Shown: positions 12,801 through 24,269 of the stretch, piece by piece
Layout: the number at the start of each line of letters is the position of its first letter
How positions within the stretch are numbered: position 1 is the first letter of the stretch
Source: Squalus acanthias
Lineage: Eukaryota
Direction of reading: 5' to 3'
Assembly (NCBI GenBank): GCA_030390025.1
Contig: CM059433.1
Coordinates: forward strand, 12,030,001-12,094,000
Length of the DNA stretch: 64,000 bases
Notes under the pieces: generated by a model
Told to the model about the DNA's origin: nothing
Database searches by the model: none
The model's input: the letters and a program-made list of their open reading frames with translations, nothing else
Translations under genes and position numbers: made by a program

Positions 12801-15800
12801 AAATTTAGGCCACATGGCATTGCATCCCTATTGTTACAAAGCCCCATATCCTCTGACTCACCGACTCCCCATGAGCAATGCCACGGTCTATCTGATTGTG
12901 ATGTAAAATAAATAGCAACTGAGTCATTAAGGCAGAGTGTTAGAACACCATTGTACTGTGGAATTATGGGACTTAACTGGTGCTAACAATTCCCTAACAT
13001 TCCAGAGTTCCCCAGGCTGAGCTATCTATTTGTGATGCAGCACTGAGTGAAGGCTTCCTTGGGGTTCTTTTGGGCACTTTCTTGGAGTTCTCGTAGTATG
13101 GGTGATGCCATGCATATATAGGACAGATGGGGGAAAGGGGGATAAAATAACTTAAAAGGCATTACCCTCTCCAGAACAAACCCAAGGTTTGCTACGCTCC
13201 AAAGTCAGTAAGTGTTCTTTTGCATTCTGAATGCAAAGCGAAGTGGTGATCAGCAATATCTCATGTCACCCATTTCACTTTTCCAAAATCCTGTGACCCA
13301 TAAGCCTTTTCCTGCCCCCCTCCCCATGGGAAAAGTGCTCCACTTTCCCATGGTAATGTAACAGAAATCAGTAATTTGGTATTGTGGGAGATTTTTTTTT
13401 ACAGTGCTTTTTTTTTACTGTTAATTTTTTAACATTTTTCTCAGAAATCTAAGTGAGAGACTTTCAGGAAGACAGACCAACCAAAGGGCAGAAATAGTTG
13501 TAAGTATTTTGTATGGAAAAATATACCCAAAATGTTGATGAGTGTTGTCTGTGCACAAAGAAGTGTACACAAGTTTTTATTAAGCGATATGCAACTGTTC
13601 TGTTTTAATAAGAACTTATGTTGATGACTTAACGGTTCTCAGACTACTTCTTAACCACGACATACAAACTGGAATTTGTAAAACCTGCACTGCTGTCAAA
13701 CATTTCTTTACTAACAATATTTGAACTAAAAGTTACCATAGTTGTTTGTTATATTTATATTAATGTTTTTCTTCACGTTAGGCAGCTTGTCGGGCAATTG
13801 AGCAGGCAAAGGAACTCGATATTGAAAAACTGGTTATTTTCACAGACAGCATGTTTACAATTAATGGTGAGTAGCTTGAACCTAAAGAATGATCGACAGA
13901 GTTTTATTATAAGAACATAAGAAATAAGAGCAGGAGTAGGCCATACGGCCCCTCGAGCCTGCTCCGCCATTCAATAACATCATGGCTGATCATAGATCTC
14001 AACTCCACTTTCATATCCCTTGATTCCCCTAGAGTCCAAAAATCTATCTGTCTCAGCCTTGAATATACTCAAAGACTCAGCATTCACAGCCCTCTGGGGC
14101 AGAGAATTCCAAAGATTCACAACCCTCTGAGTGAAGAAATTCCTCCTCATCTCGATGGCCTACCCCTTATCCTGAGACTATGCCCCCTAGTTCTAGACAC
14201 TCCAGCCAGGGGAAACAACCTCTCAGCATCTACCCTGTCAATCTCCTTCAGAATCTTGTATGTTTCAATGAGATCACCTCTCATTCTTCTAGACTCCAGA
14301 GAGTATAGGCCCATTCTACACAATCTCTCATCATAGGACAGCCCTCTCATCCCAGGAATCAATTTAGTGAGCCTTTGTTGCACTGTCTCCAAGGCAAGTA
14401 TATCCTTCCTTAGATAAGGAGACCAAAACTGTGCACAGTACTCCAGGTGTGGTCTCACCAAGACCCTGTACAATTGTAGCAAGACTTCCGTACTCTTATA
14501 CTCCAACCCCCTTGCAATAAAGGCCAACATGCCATTTGCCTTCCTTATTGCTTGCTGTACCTGCATGCTAGCTTTCTGTGTTTCTTGCACGAGGACACCC
14601 AAATCTCTCAACACCAACATTTGAAAGTTACTCACCATTTAAAAAATATTCTGTTTTTCTATTCTTCCTACCAAAGTAAATAACCTCATATTTCCCTACA
14701 TTATACTCCATCTGCCACCTTACTGCCCACTCACTTAGTCTGTCTATATCCCTTTGCAGACTCTTTGTGTTCTCCTCACAGCTTACTGACCCACCTAGCT
14801 TTGTATCATCAACAAACTTGGATACATTACACTCAGTCCCTTCATCGAGGTCATTAATATAGATTGTAAATAGCTGAGGCCCCAACACTGATCCTTGCGG
14901 CACCCCACTAGTTACAGCCTGCCAACCTGAAAAAATCTGTTTATCCCTACTCTTGGTTTTCTGTCTGTTAACCAATCCCCTATCCATACTACTATATACA
15001 GGAGTAGGGAGGTGATGCTACAGTTGTACAGGGCCTTGGTGAGGCCACACCTGGAGTATTGTGCGCAGTTTTGGTCTCCTAACTTAAGGAAGGACATTCT
15101 TGCTATTGAGGGAGTGCAGCGAAGGTTCACTAGATTGATTCCTGGGATGGCCGGACTGACATATCAAGAAAGATTGGGTCAACTGAACTTGTATCCTCTG
15201 GAGTTCAGAAGAATGAGGGGGGATCTTATAGAGACATTTAAAATCCTGACTGGTTTAGACAAATTAGATGCGGGCAGAATGTTCCCAATGGTAGGGAAAA
15301 CTAGAACCAGGGGTCACAGTCTAAGGATTAAGGGGAAGCCATTTAGGACTGAGCTGAGGAGGAACTTCTTCACCCAGAGAGTGGTGAATCTATGGAATTC
15401 TCTTCCACAGAAGGTTGTTGAGGCCAGTTCGCTAAATATATTCAAAAGGGAGTTAGATATAACACTCACAACTAAGGGGATCAAGGGGTATGGCGAGAAT
15501 ACCCCCAACCCTATGAGCCCTAATCTTGTGTAAAAACCTTTTATGTGGCACCTTATCGAATGCTCTACGAGTATGTGTGTGGGGTATTTAAGGTGAGCAT
15601 AAAGTTAAGCTGTGAACTTTCAATATTTCATTGCATTTATAAAGTTACCAAGTATTTTTTTTTTTAGTTCCTCTTTCTCTCCCCATCTCTTGAAAGCCCC
15701 CCAGACTTTACCTCGGTGGCCATTCTTCATGTGTCAGCTGTTCACTGTTGGGGAACATCGTCGATTAAGCACATGCAATTTCCAGCAGCAGTCACTGGAT

Positions 15801-18800
15801 GGTGACCAGGAATGAGAACGTGGATCATTTTTTCCTTTCACCAATACAGGTGGCTGAGGTTCCTTGCTTCCCTTCTATCACTCTGGTCTAAAGCAACTAC
15901 TCAGCACAGACTGGGGATCAAACCCAAGATCTGTCTGATCTATATGTTCTTATACACATTTAGCTGCTGAGGAGTACTATCATTTTTTTAAACAACTACA
16001 GTATTGGTGCTGTGGATCTACACTCTCCTATTTTATCACAGACTGCAGTTAGTTTTTGTTATTACATTCATATAACGCAGCTCGAAAGTCGCCTTGATCG
16101 GCACCCCATCCACGAGCTTAAACATTCAACCACCGGCATATCGTGGCTGCAGTGTGTGCTGTCTACAAGATGCACTACAGCAAGTCGCCAAGGCTTCTTC
16201 GGCAGCACCTCCCAAACCAACAATCTCCACCACATAGAAGAATAAGGACAGCAGGTGCATGGGAACACCATCACCTCTAAGTTGCACTCAATCCTGACTT
16301 GGACATGTGTTGCCGTTCCTTCACCGTCACTGGGTCAAATTCTGGAACTCCCTTCCTAACAGCACTGCCAGGAGCACCTTCACCACATGGACTGCAGTGG
16401 TTCAAGAAGAGCGGCTCACCACCACCTTCTTGGGGAAACCAGGGATGGGCAATAAATGCCAGCCTAGCCAGCGATGCCCCCATCACGAGAATGTATACTT
16501 CAAAAAAAAAAGTCATTTTCTGCTTCTGATTACTATTCAGTGATTTCTGCTGGGAAATGCGCTTTTGTAGATCAGGCTCATGCTCTGCCCCCCACGCTGT
16601 CGAATGGCCTGCTGATGCTCACTGTACTGGCTCACATTTTTGACTTGCTGAAATGACTGGGAAGAGTAATGTGAGGCTGTGCACTTCAGATTAAATTGGT
16701 GCAGAGAATTGGTTTCCAAATTGGCTGCTGTGTTACCTACATTACAACAGTGACTACGCTTCAAAAGTACTTCATTGGCTGTAAAGCGCTGTGGGACGTC
16801 CTGAGGTTGTGAAAGGTGCTATAGAAATGCAAGTTCTTTCTTTCTTTATCAAATAGGTATCACAAAGTGGATCAAATCTTGGAAGAGTAATGGCTGGAAG
16901 CCTAGTTCTGGAGGATCCGTAATCAACAAAGAGGACTTTGAAAGACTTGACAAATTGACCTCCGGTATAAATGTTGAATGGGTACGCAACCTTTTTTTCT
17001 CGTCAACAAACTCCAAGAAAAACAATTCGGAATTAATTCTGTGTTCCTATTATCCTCAGCTCTATTAAAAGTCCACCAAACTGGCCATAACATCACTAAC
17101 AGTATGTAGTTGCTAAATGATCCATACACTGGCCCTGAATTTGCAGTCAGAAGCTTCCCGCGGGAAATGCCTCCGATCCGCAAATAAAATGCTCGGGAAC
17201 CTGGTGGACCAGGAGGTCCGGAGACTCGCGGTCCTGGGCCTCTCCGAATGCCCGCAGGTAGAGGCCCACATATCCCAGGGGCACATGCGGTTCGCGAGCG
17301 CCCCTGGGATCACGTGGGCTGGCCCAACCAACAAAAGAAGGGATCCCCATTCGTACTTATAGGAGTTCCGTATGTACGGAAACCCCCATAAGCATGAATG
17401 GGAATACCCCAAAAAATACATCTACACATCAATTTTTTAAAAAATTACATCTTTAAAAATTAATTAAAATGTCATTTAATTAAATATTTAAAACACATTT
17501 ATTTTTTTGAAAAATAAATTTAAATGTTTTAAAGGGGCTAAAAATAAACTTACCTTTATTGTACAGGTTTTTTAATGTATAAATGATTTATTTTTGTGTT
17601 TTTTTTTAACTCTTGCACTGGTAAAAGCAGGCCTTGCGCCTGCAGGCGTAAGAATTTCACGGTCATTCGCTGGGCAGAAGTTGGGCAAATAGCCCAACTC
17701 TCTGCCTGCGGATGCCCTTTTCCTTGGGGATGCGTTGGATCTGTCAAGAAGATTCGGGTTTTGCGCATGCGCTTTGCATGCCTAAACCCGGAAGTTGCGT
17801 GGCCCTGACTGAGGGTATGCATCCGTAGGGGCCTGCGAATTACGGCCCACTATATTTTTTACATTGTGTTAATTTACAAGGAGAAGTACTAAAAATTACT
17901 TATTGCTTAAATTCTTTTCAATTGAATCCTGTGTGACCTCGATGAGCTCTCGATCCAGAAAACCAATGTCAGCTGAAGTTTTGCCACCTCAGATCCTCTG
18001 GATAGCTGCTGCTTATATTTCCAGAAGCATACAGCTATGACCATTTAATATACTATGTATTCTGACTATAATTTAAATATTCTCTAAGTGTGTGTGCCTA
18101 TTGTTTGGGGATTTCCAAAATCTCTGAAAACCAGCTAATGAGCAACTAATGGAGATTCAGTTGGTACAAAATTTATGCAAGATTTATCAAAACTTTTTCA
18201 CATAGCTACTAGTTGGTTACCTGTATCGTTGCTCATTGACAAATAAAATAAAAAGTCCCTCTTTCCTTGTAACTGTCTCTTTTGTCACATCCTTTGTCTC
18301 CCTATCTTTCTCAGCTCCCTCTTTTTTTTTCCTTCTTCCTCTGTATGCTTACTCTTGTTTTTGTATCTCTCTCTATATGTCTGACTTTTGTTCACTCCCT
18401 TTCCTTTCTGTACGTCCTTCCTGGCTGCTGTCTTCTTCATTTTAACCACTCTGTGTGCTTCTCACCATTTTTCTTTTTTGATTTTTTTTTTCCTGCTTGT
18501 GTCTCCATTCTTTTCACCTCCCGTGGGAACAGAGCAGACATGAGGTTCTAGTCCTCTACTTGGAGAAACTAGAGCAAGGAAAGGAGGTTTATGTATCATG
18601 TTTTATGTCCCAACCCCCAGTCCTCCCCCTGCTCCATTACAGATAAGCCACAGATCTTTCAAATCCCCACCTGCCCGCACTACCTTCCACTCTGGGAGTA
18701 AACAAGCAGAAAAGGTGGGACTGAGGGAGTGAAGGGAAGATGAGACTGGCAGGCAGGGAACTCATGGTATTAAGTAGGTTTAATTAAATACTTTTGCTGT

Positions 18801-19230
18801 TATTTTTACGATGTCAGTATTGGGGCTTCAGCTATCTGTATTAGCGGCTGGGTGAAGGTGCACTTTCCCATCACCACATCCCTAGACTCCATGCTTGGAC
18901 AAAAGGTGATGGAGGTGCCAAAGTCGGGGGTGGTAACAGCTAAATCTGGGTCGACCATGTGAGGCAACCAGTTGGTCATACACAAAGCGGTGAGGTGCTT
19001 GATCCCTGGGGGCATGTGATAAATGTTCAGATGACTATAACATACCAATGACATACCAGACTGGGCAAATGTCTCTGTTTTTGATGTTTAAAATAAAAAT
19101 GAGTGTCTACTTGTTGTAATGCACCTTTCTACCTACTTTGCAGATGCATGTGCCAGGTCATGCTGGTTTCACCGGAAACGAAGCAGCAGACAGTCTAGCG
19201 AAGGATGGCGCCTCCAAGCCACCATGTTAA
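3793..19230 (+). CDS. RNASEH1: Ribonuclease H1, 8 coding exons: 3793-3887, 5871-6010, 10341-10508, 12164-12263, 13445-13499, 13782-13866, 16857-16981, 19144-19230 (855 nt, 284 aa)
   Basis: The exons join in frame with GT/AG borders. Hybrid-binding domain [35 protein letters not shown]; catalytic motifs [41 protein letters not shown]. Synteny with ADI1 and TRAPPC12. Confidence 0.97.
3980..4162 (-). mobile_element. L2-clade LINE 3' end with (TTG)n tail
   Basis: Same sequence family as 39628-40075 and 45482-45910. Confidence 0.7.
4165..4200 (-). ncRNA. Minimal type I hammerhead ribozyme motif (Penelope terminus)
   Basis: GUU-CUGACGA-AGGGUC/AUC/GACCU-GAAA-CGU-U-AAC. Confidence 0.6.
5871..6010 (+). 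CDS. RNASEH1: RNASEH1 exon 2 ([29 protein letters not shown]...)
   Basis: ttcctcttag acceptor, gtaaag donor, phase 2 to 1. Confidence 0.95.
7098..8030 (-). mobile_element. CR1 LINE 3' part (RNASEH1 intron 2)
   Basis: [16 protein letters not shown]-terminal ORFs on the minus strand. Confidence 0.9.
8150..9637 (+). mobile_element. CR1 LINE RT region and 3' end (RNASEH1 intron 2)
   Basis: [17 protein letters not shown] and KFAD motifs with frameshifts; ttcttatg tail. Confidence 0.92.
10341..10508 (+). CDS. RNASEH1: RNASEH1 exon 3, connection domain (ECSGQSK...QKFTYVG)
   Basis: ttttctatag acceptor, gtaggc donor, open frame; ends FTYVG, resembling vertebrate FSYMG. Confidence 0.9.
11520..11920 (+). 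mobile_element. L2-clade LINE 3' fragment
   Basis: LAHLHWL...[11 protein letters not shown] end and caagttgttg tail. Confidence 0.65.
12164..12263 (+). CDS. RNASEH1: RNASEH1 exon 4 ([33 protein letters not shown])
   Basis: First catalytic Asp motif; cag and gtaagt borders. Confidence 0.97.
13445..13499 (+). CDS. RNASEH1: RNASEH1 exon 5 ([18 protein letters not shown])
   Basis: Catalytic Glu motif; tcag and gtaagt borders. Confidence 0.97.
13782..13866 (+). CDS. RNASEH1: RNASEH1 exon 6 ([29 protein letters not shown])
   Basis: TDS catalytic motif; ttag and gtgagt borders. Confidence 0.97.
13910..15563 (-). mobile_element. CR1 LINE (minus) with an oppositely oriented CR1 fragment at ~14995-15500
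   Basis: Minus ORFs 14147-14987 and plus ORF 15012-15533; the minus element resumes at ~15500-15563. Confidence 0.88.
16075..16490 (+). mobile_element. LINE 3' end, shark CR1-like family
   Basis: Homologous to 25870-26340. Confidence 0.7.
16712..16847 (+). mobile_element. 3' part of a Deu-domain SINE (SacSINE1-like)
   Basis: Matches the 3' end of the SINE copies at ~25010-25345 and 48055-48520; (TTTC)n tail. Confidence 0.8.
16857..16981 (+). CDS. RNASEH1: RNASEH1 exon 7 ([41 protein letters not shown])
   Basis: Trp-rich basic protrusion; atag and gtacgc borders. Confidence 0.96.
17131..17848. mobile_element. PIF/Harbinger-like MITE, family B, copy 1
   Basis: Imperfect TIRs GGCCCTGAATTTGCAG and CTGCGAATTACGGCCC; 3-bp TSD ACT; AT-rich core; inverted relative to the copies at 42082 and 50173. 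Confidence 0.8.
19144..19230 (+). CDS. RNASEH1: RNASEH1 exon 8 ([28 protein letters not shown])
   Basis: Conserved C-terminal His/Asp motif; TAA stop. Confidence 0.97.
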   Translation: MHVPGHAGFTGNEAADSLAKDGASKPPC

Positions 19231-20362
19231 CCACCACTGACAAAAATGTACTTTCCAGCAAGGATACAAGTCTGAAGTGTGTATATCAAACTCATGCAAC
19301 GCAAACTTTATTTAATCATCTGCTGTTTTTTGTACAGCTTCCCTTCACTGGCTCAAACAGTGCTGTCTATTAGGGGTAAGTCCAACTCCATGCTACTGGC
19401 GGAGAGCCTCTCCCACTGCCATATTGTATATTGGGAATTCATGTGTATGTGTTGGGCATGATTTTCTAGCCATTTTTATTCAAAATTGTAGATCGCATAT
19501 ACCTGAATTTCCAATATGCACTGCTAGTGGGCGAGGCTTGCTGCCAATAATGCAAAGTTGAAAGTGTGAGTTTTATTTTAAATGCGGATAGCACACTTAC
19601 TTTCTCAATCACTCTGGGCTGCATGGAATCTGCAACCAAGAGGCATTCTTGTCAACTTTCGCTGAGGCTTGCACTGCTCATTTGAGCTGGTTGCTAAAGT
19701 TGCAGAAAAGCAAACATTTAGGGAATATATTTTTCTCCTCTTCCCAATCCCTACTGTGTCTGCATTTCCCTGTGGGAAGGTGTCTGGGCTCCACATCAGC
19801 ATGACTGAGCTATCCAACTTTGCAGCATTGGGGATTTGAATCCGTTTGTCTCCCTTCCTTTTTCCCTCATTGCCACAGTGCAGCATGTTGGTATTCCCAG
19901 TACGTTATGTTAGTGCTGCAAGTCAAAGTGTACATTATAGTTGTAATGGGTTTTCATACATTGGCATGAGAACCACTTGCATTTAAATATTTTAACTACT
20001 TTTGTTGTACATAGTGTTGATAATCAGAATTTGTTTTGCTTTTTGATTTGGATCAGTGTATGAGGGTCCAGTCTAAATTTAGGTTGTTTCTTCAATGTTC
20101 AGATACACATTTTTGCCTCCTGTTTGATTTTTTTTTGTGATCATTTAAATTGAATTGTTTTATTTTTGTAAGCTCTGTTTTGTTGCAGTACATGCAAATG
20201 AGCCCAGTCACAAACTGGTTGATGAGCTGACTGTTGATTTAGTGTGTAAACTAGATCATTACAGTATGTAGAAACCAACTAGGACAGGGAAAAAGTCACT
20301 TTAGAATTAACCTATTTTGTACATGGGTTGGTCGTTCAGTTTGTAAAACTAAAATCGTGTTA

Positions 20363-20368
20363 AATAAA
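20363..20368 (+). promoter_or_regulatory. Candidate RNASEH1 polyadenylation signal
   Basis: AATAAA ~1.1 kb after the stop, followed by a T/GT-rich tract. Confidence 0.4.
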
Positions 20369-20424
20369 TTTTCTTCTAATTTTTGTAGATTTTAGGGTGT
20401 TTTTGCTCTCTTTATTCAAGAACC

Positions 20425-23188
20425 GAATAACGCATGGGGAGTCTCTGAGACGCCCAACTAGTTCATTTTTTATGGCGAAGCCTACCCCATGGAGGTGGCG
20501 TTCTTCTTCAGGTTTGCCTTTCCAGAAGAAGGTGTAGCCGCCGCCTTGCTCCTTGAGCTGGCCTTCCCCTGCCCGCCGGGTCTCACTTAGGGCGACGATG
20601 TCTATGTCAAGACGTCTGAGCTCCCGGGCAACGATAGCAGTACGGCGTTCCGGTCTGTCACTGTTGGGGTTGTCCATGAGGGTCCTGACGTTCCAAGTCC
20701 CGAACTTCATTTTATAGGGTGGAAGATGCCTGTGCGTGAATTCTTTTAACGTGGGGTGGCCGTTGCACACCAGCTACCACACGGGCTTGACAGAGCAAGG
20801 CCTTGGTCCAATGGCAAGGGGATCCAAGATGATTGGAGACCAGGCTCTGCTACAACGGCCTAGCACACACACACACAAAACATACTGCTACTGTCCTCCT
20901 CCCTCCTTCCCACAGGTCCTCTCTGCCTGGGTTTCGTAGGATGCATTGTGGTCCTCCCGACCTCGCTGTTGGCCTGTGCCGCAACCCCGCTGTGCCACTC
21001 CTGGGCCTTGACCTCGCTGCTGGGCTCGTCCTCGCTCCTGGGTCCCGGCCTCGGACATGGATGAGGTTGTCTCTCACGGCATCAAATTAGCCCTGATATT
21101 CTAGCAATCCACTAGTCACTAGATCACTAGTCCAGTGGAGAAGTGTAGTCTTGATGGCAGAGAGGTCTGGGAATTTGGAAGCTAAGTTTAAGTGAAGAGC
21201 CAGTGTTCACTGACGAGAACAAAGAACAGGCATGGTCGGGGGATGGGCAGTGGGCGCAGGTAACTTTAACCTTGCAGCTTGAACTTGCAGTTTAGGATAA
21301 AATGCACCCACTATTAGAGCCAGGGGAGCTTAGACAGCAGAAGAGAGGAGACTGGGGGAGAAAGAGCAAAGGATGGCAAAGGAGCTGCCAGCCCAGGAGC
21401 CATCTTGTCTATACCCGGCATGAAGTTGAAAAGGCCATCTGACAACTGAAGAATAACAAGGCCTCAGGAGCAGATGGAATCCCTGCCGAGGCACTAAAGC
21501 ATAGCGGAGAAGCACTACTGGTGTGAATTCATGAACTAATTTCTCTTATCTGGAAGGAGGAGAGCATGCCAGGGGATCTCAGACGCCATAATTGTGACCA
21601 TCTTCAAGAAAGGTGACAAGTCCGATTGTGGTAATTACAGAGGAGTTTCCCTGCTGTCTGCCACAGGGAAAGTCATTGCAAGAATCCTCCTCAATCGCCT
21701 TCTCCCAGTGGCTGAAGAGCTCCTCCCAGAGTCGCAATGCGGATTCCGCCCACTAAGGGGCACAATGGACATGATCTTCACCGTGCGCCAATTACAAGAG
21801 AAATGCAGGGAACAGCACCAACCGCTGTACATGGCTGCCTTTGACCTCACAAAGGCCTTCGACACTGTCAACCGTAAGGGATTATGGAGTGTCCTCCTCA
21901 AATTTGGCTGCCCTCAAAAGTTTGTCACCATCCTCCGCCTGCTTCACGACGACATGCAAGCCGTGATCCTGACCAACGGTTCCATCACAGACCCAATTCA
22001 CGTACGGACCGGGGTCCAGCAAGGCTGTGTCATCGCATCAATGCTCTTCTCGATCTTCCTTGCTGCAATGCTCCATCTCCCCCTCAGTAAGCGCCCCGCT
22101 GGAGTGGAGCTAATTTACAGAACAAACGGGAAACTGTTCAACCTCCGTCGCCTCCAGTCTAGATCCAAGGTCGTCCCATCCTTGTCGTCGAATTGCAGTA
22201 TGCAGACGACGCTTGCGTCTGCGCACACTCGGAGGTCGAACTCCAAACCATCGTTAACACCTTCACCGAAGCGTACGAGAGCATAGGCCTTGCACTAAAC
22301 ATCTGTAAGACAAAGGTCCTCTACCAACCTGCCCCCGCCACACACTACTGCCCCCTGATTATCAAAATCCATGACAAGGCCTTGGACAACGTGGACCACT
22401 TTCCATACCTCGGGAGCCTACTGTCAACAAGGGCAGACGTCGATGACTAAGTCCAACACCGCCTTCAGTGTGCCAGTGCAGCCTTTGGTCGCCTGAGGAA
22501 GAGAGTGTTTGAAGACCAGGACCTCAAACCCGGCACCAAGCTCATGATCTACAGAGCAGCAGTGATACCTGCCCTCCTGTATGCCTCAGAGACATGGACC
22601 ATGTACAGCAGGCACCTCAAAGCACTGGAGATGTACCACCAACGCTGCCTCTGCAAGATCTTGCAAATCCATTGGCAGGATAGGCGCACCAACGTCTGTG
22701 TTCTCACTCAGGCCAACATCCCCAGCATCGAAGTTTTTGACCACGCTCGATCAGCTCCGATGAACGGGTCACATCGTCCGCATGCCCGATACAAGACTCC
22801 CAAAGCATGCGCTCTACTCGGAGCTCCGACACGGCAAGAGAGCCCCAGGTGGGCAGAGGAAACCCTTCAAGGACACCCTCAAAGCCTCCTTGGAAAAAGT
22901 GCAACATCCCCACCGACACCTGGGAATCCCTGGCCCAAGACCGCACAAAGTGGAGGATAAGCATCCAGGAAGGTGCCAAACACCTCGCGTCTCTGCCGGG
23001 AGCAAGCGGAAGCCAAGTGCAAGGAGAGCACGTCAACCCAAGCACCCCACACACCCGCCCCTTCAACCACCGTCTGCCCCACCTGTGACAGAGACTGTAG
23101 GTCCCGCATTGGACTCATCAGTCACCTGAGAACTCATTTTTAATGTGGAAGCAAGTCATCCTCGGTTCTGAGGGACTGCCTAAGAAGA
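20425..23188 (+). mobile_element. RTE-clade LINE with inverted 5' segment (minus 20425-~20860; plus RT and 3' end ~21414-23188)
   Basis: APE N-terminus MKFGTWNVRTLMD on minus; RT FDLTKAFDTV and YADD on plus; AAG tail; 13-bp TSD TTATTCAAGAACC at 20412-20424 and 23189-23201. Confidence 0.9.
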
Positions 23189-23373
23189 TTATTCAAGAAC
23201 CTAATAACCTAATGAAATAACTTATACAACAGTGTCATTCTACTTTTTTTGCCACATAAGAATACTTTGAGTACTCTGAAATTGCTTGCCTGATAGTTTA
23301 AGAGTTAGGCCTGGATTCTGGACTAAAAGGCTTGCACCTGAATCCAGTGTAACAAAATGGAACGATATCTGTA

Positions 23374-23996
23374 CAGGAAACTCTCGTTTAAACGGCACCT
23401 AAATATCCGGAATTCTCTAATAACCGGCAAAATTCATACTCCGAAAACAACACCTCAATAACCGGAAATGTTGCCGAGTCCGAGTCTCCCGCGGTGGCCA
23501 AGTTAGTCAGTGGGGGCTAGTGGAGGCCGTCAAACGGCCTACAGAGTGCGCAGAATCCCTCCCCTTTAACGGAAGGGGAGGGGCGATGAAACGCGTCAGC
23601 GCTATGTGGAGCGGCCGCGTAGTGCTCCGGCGCTACCGCACTTTGCGCTCCAGACACCGCCCCGAGAGGAAGTGGACCGGCCGAGATAGCGCTCCACTTC
23701 CTCGCCGGGGCGGTACTTCCGCGCCGGACGCTAACTGGCTGGCGCTAATTCGGTTACCGCTCCCAAACGGGGCATAACCCTCAACTGGCAGTACTGTACT
23801 TAATCAAGCATCTTCCACCATCCATTTAACACAACACTCTGTAGGTGAGTACCCAATTATACTGCACATTTCTTGATTTTTTTTATTTTTGTTTGTTAAA
23901 AATAGCCTCGGTAGATATACCTCTCCGTTATCCGGAATTTTTAATCAACCGGCACCATCCCGGTCCCGTCGGTGCCGGATACCAAAGAGTTTCCTG
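23374..23996. mobile_element. Tc1/mariner (pogo/Tigger-like) MITE, family A, copy 1
   Basis: TIRs CAGGAAACTCT and AGAGTTTCCTG; TA on the left, TG on the right. Confidence 0.8.
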
Positions 23997-24269
23997 TGTT
24001 TTAATTAATTACATTAGATAGACAGGGTAAACATAAAATCTGGATCACATAGTTGGATCTCTATACAAAGCCCACTATTTCTGTGACACTGATGACCAAT
24101 ACACATACCTGCTACACAACTGGAGCATAGCAATGCATTTTAAAAAAAAATGTTGACACCTGTGCTCAGAAGATATTTGTCAAAGGTTGCTTGATAGCTA
24201 TAATGTTTACAGGTTAACAGATTGTGGAATAGTTGAATTCAGTAACTTTGATTGCAGAACTATTAAATC

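Noticed and set aside
20740..20860. Possible HDV-like ribozyme at the RTE 5' end (minus strand)
   Set aside because: Some complementary segments exist, but I could not fit P1.1, J4/2 and P2 to the HDV fold by eye.
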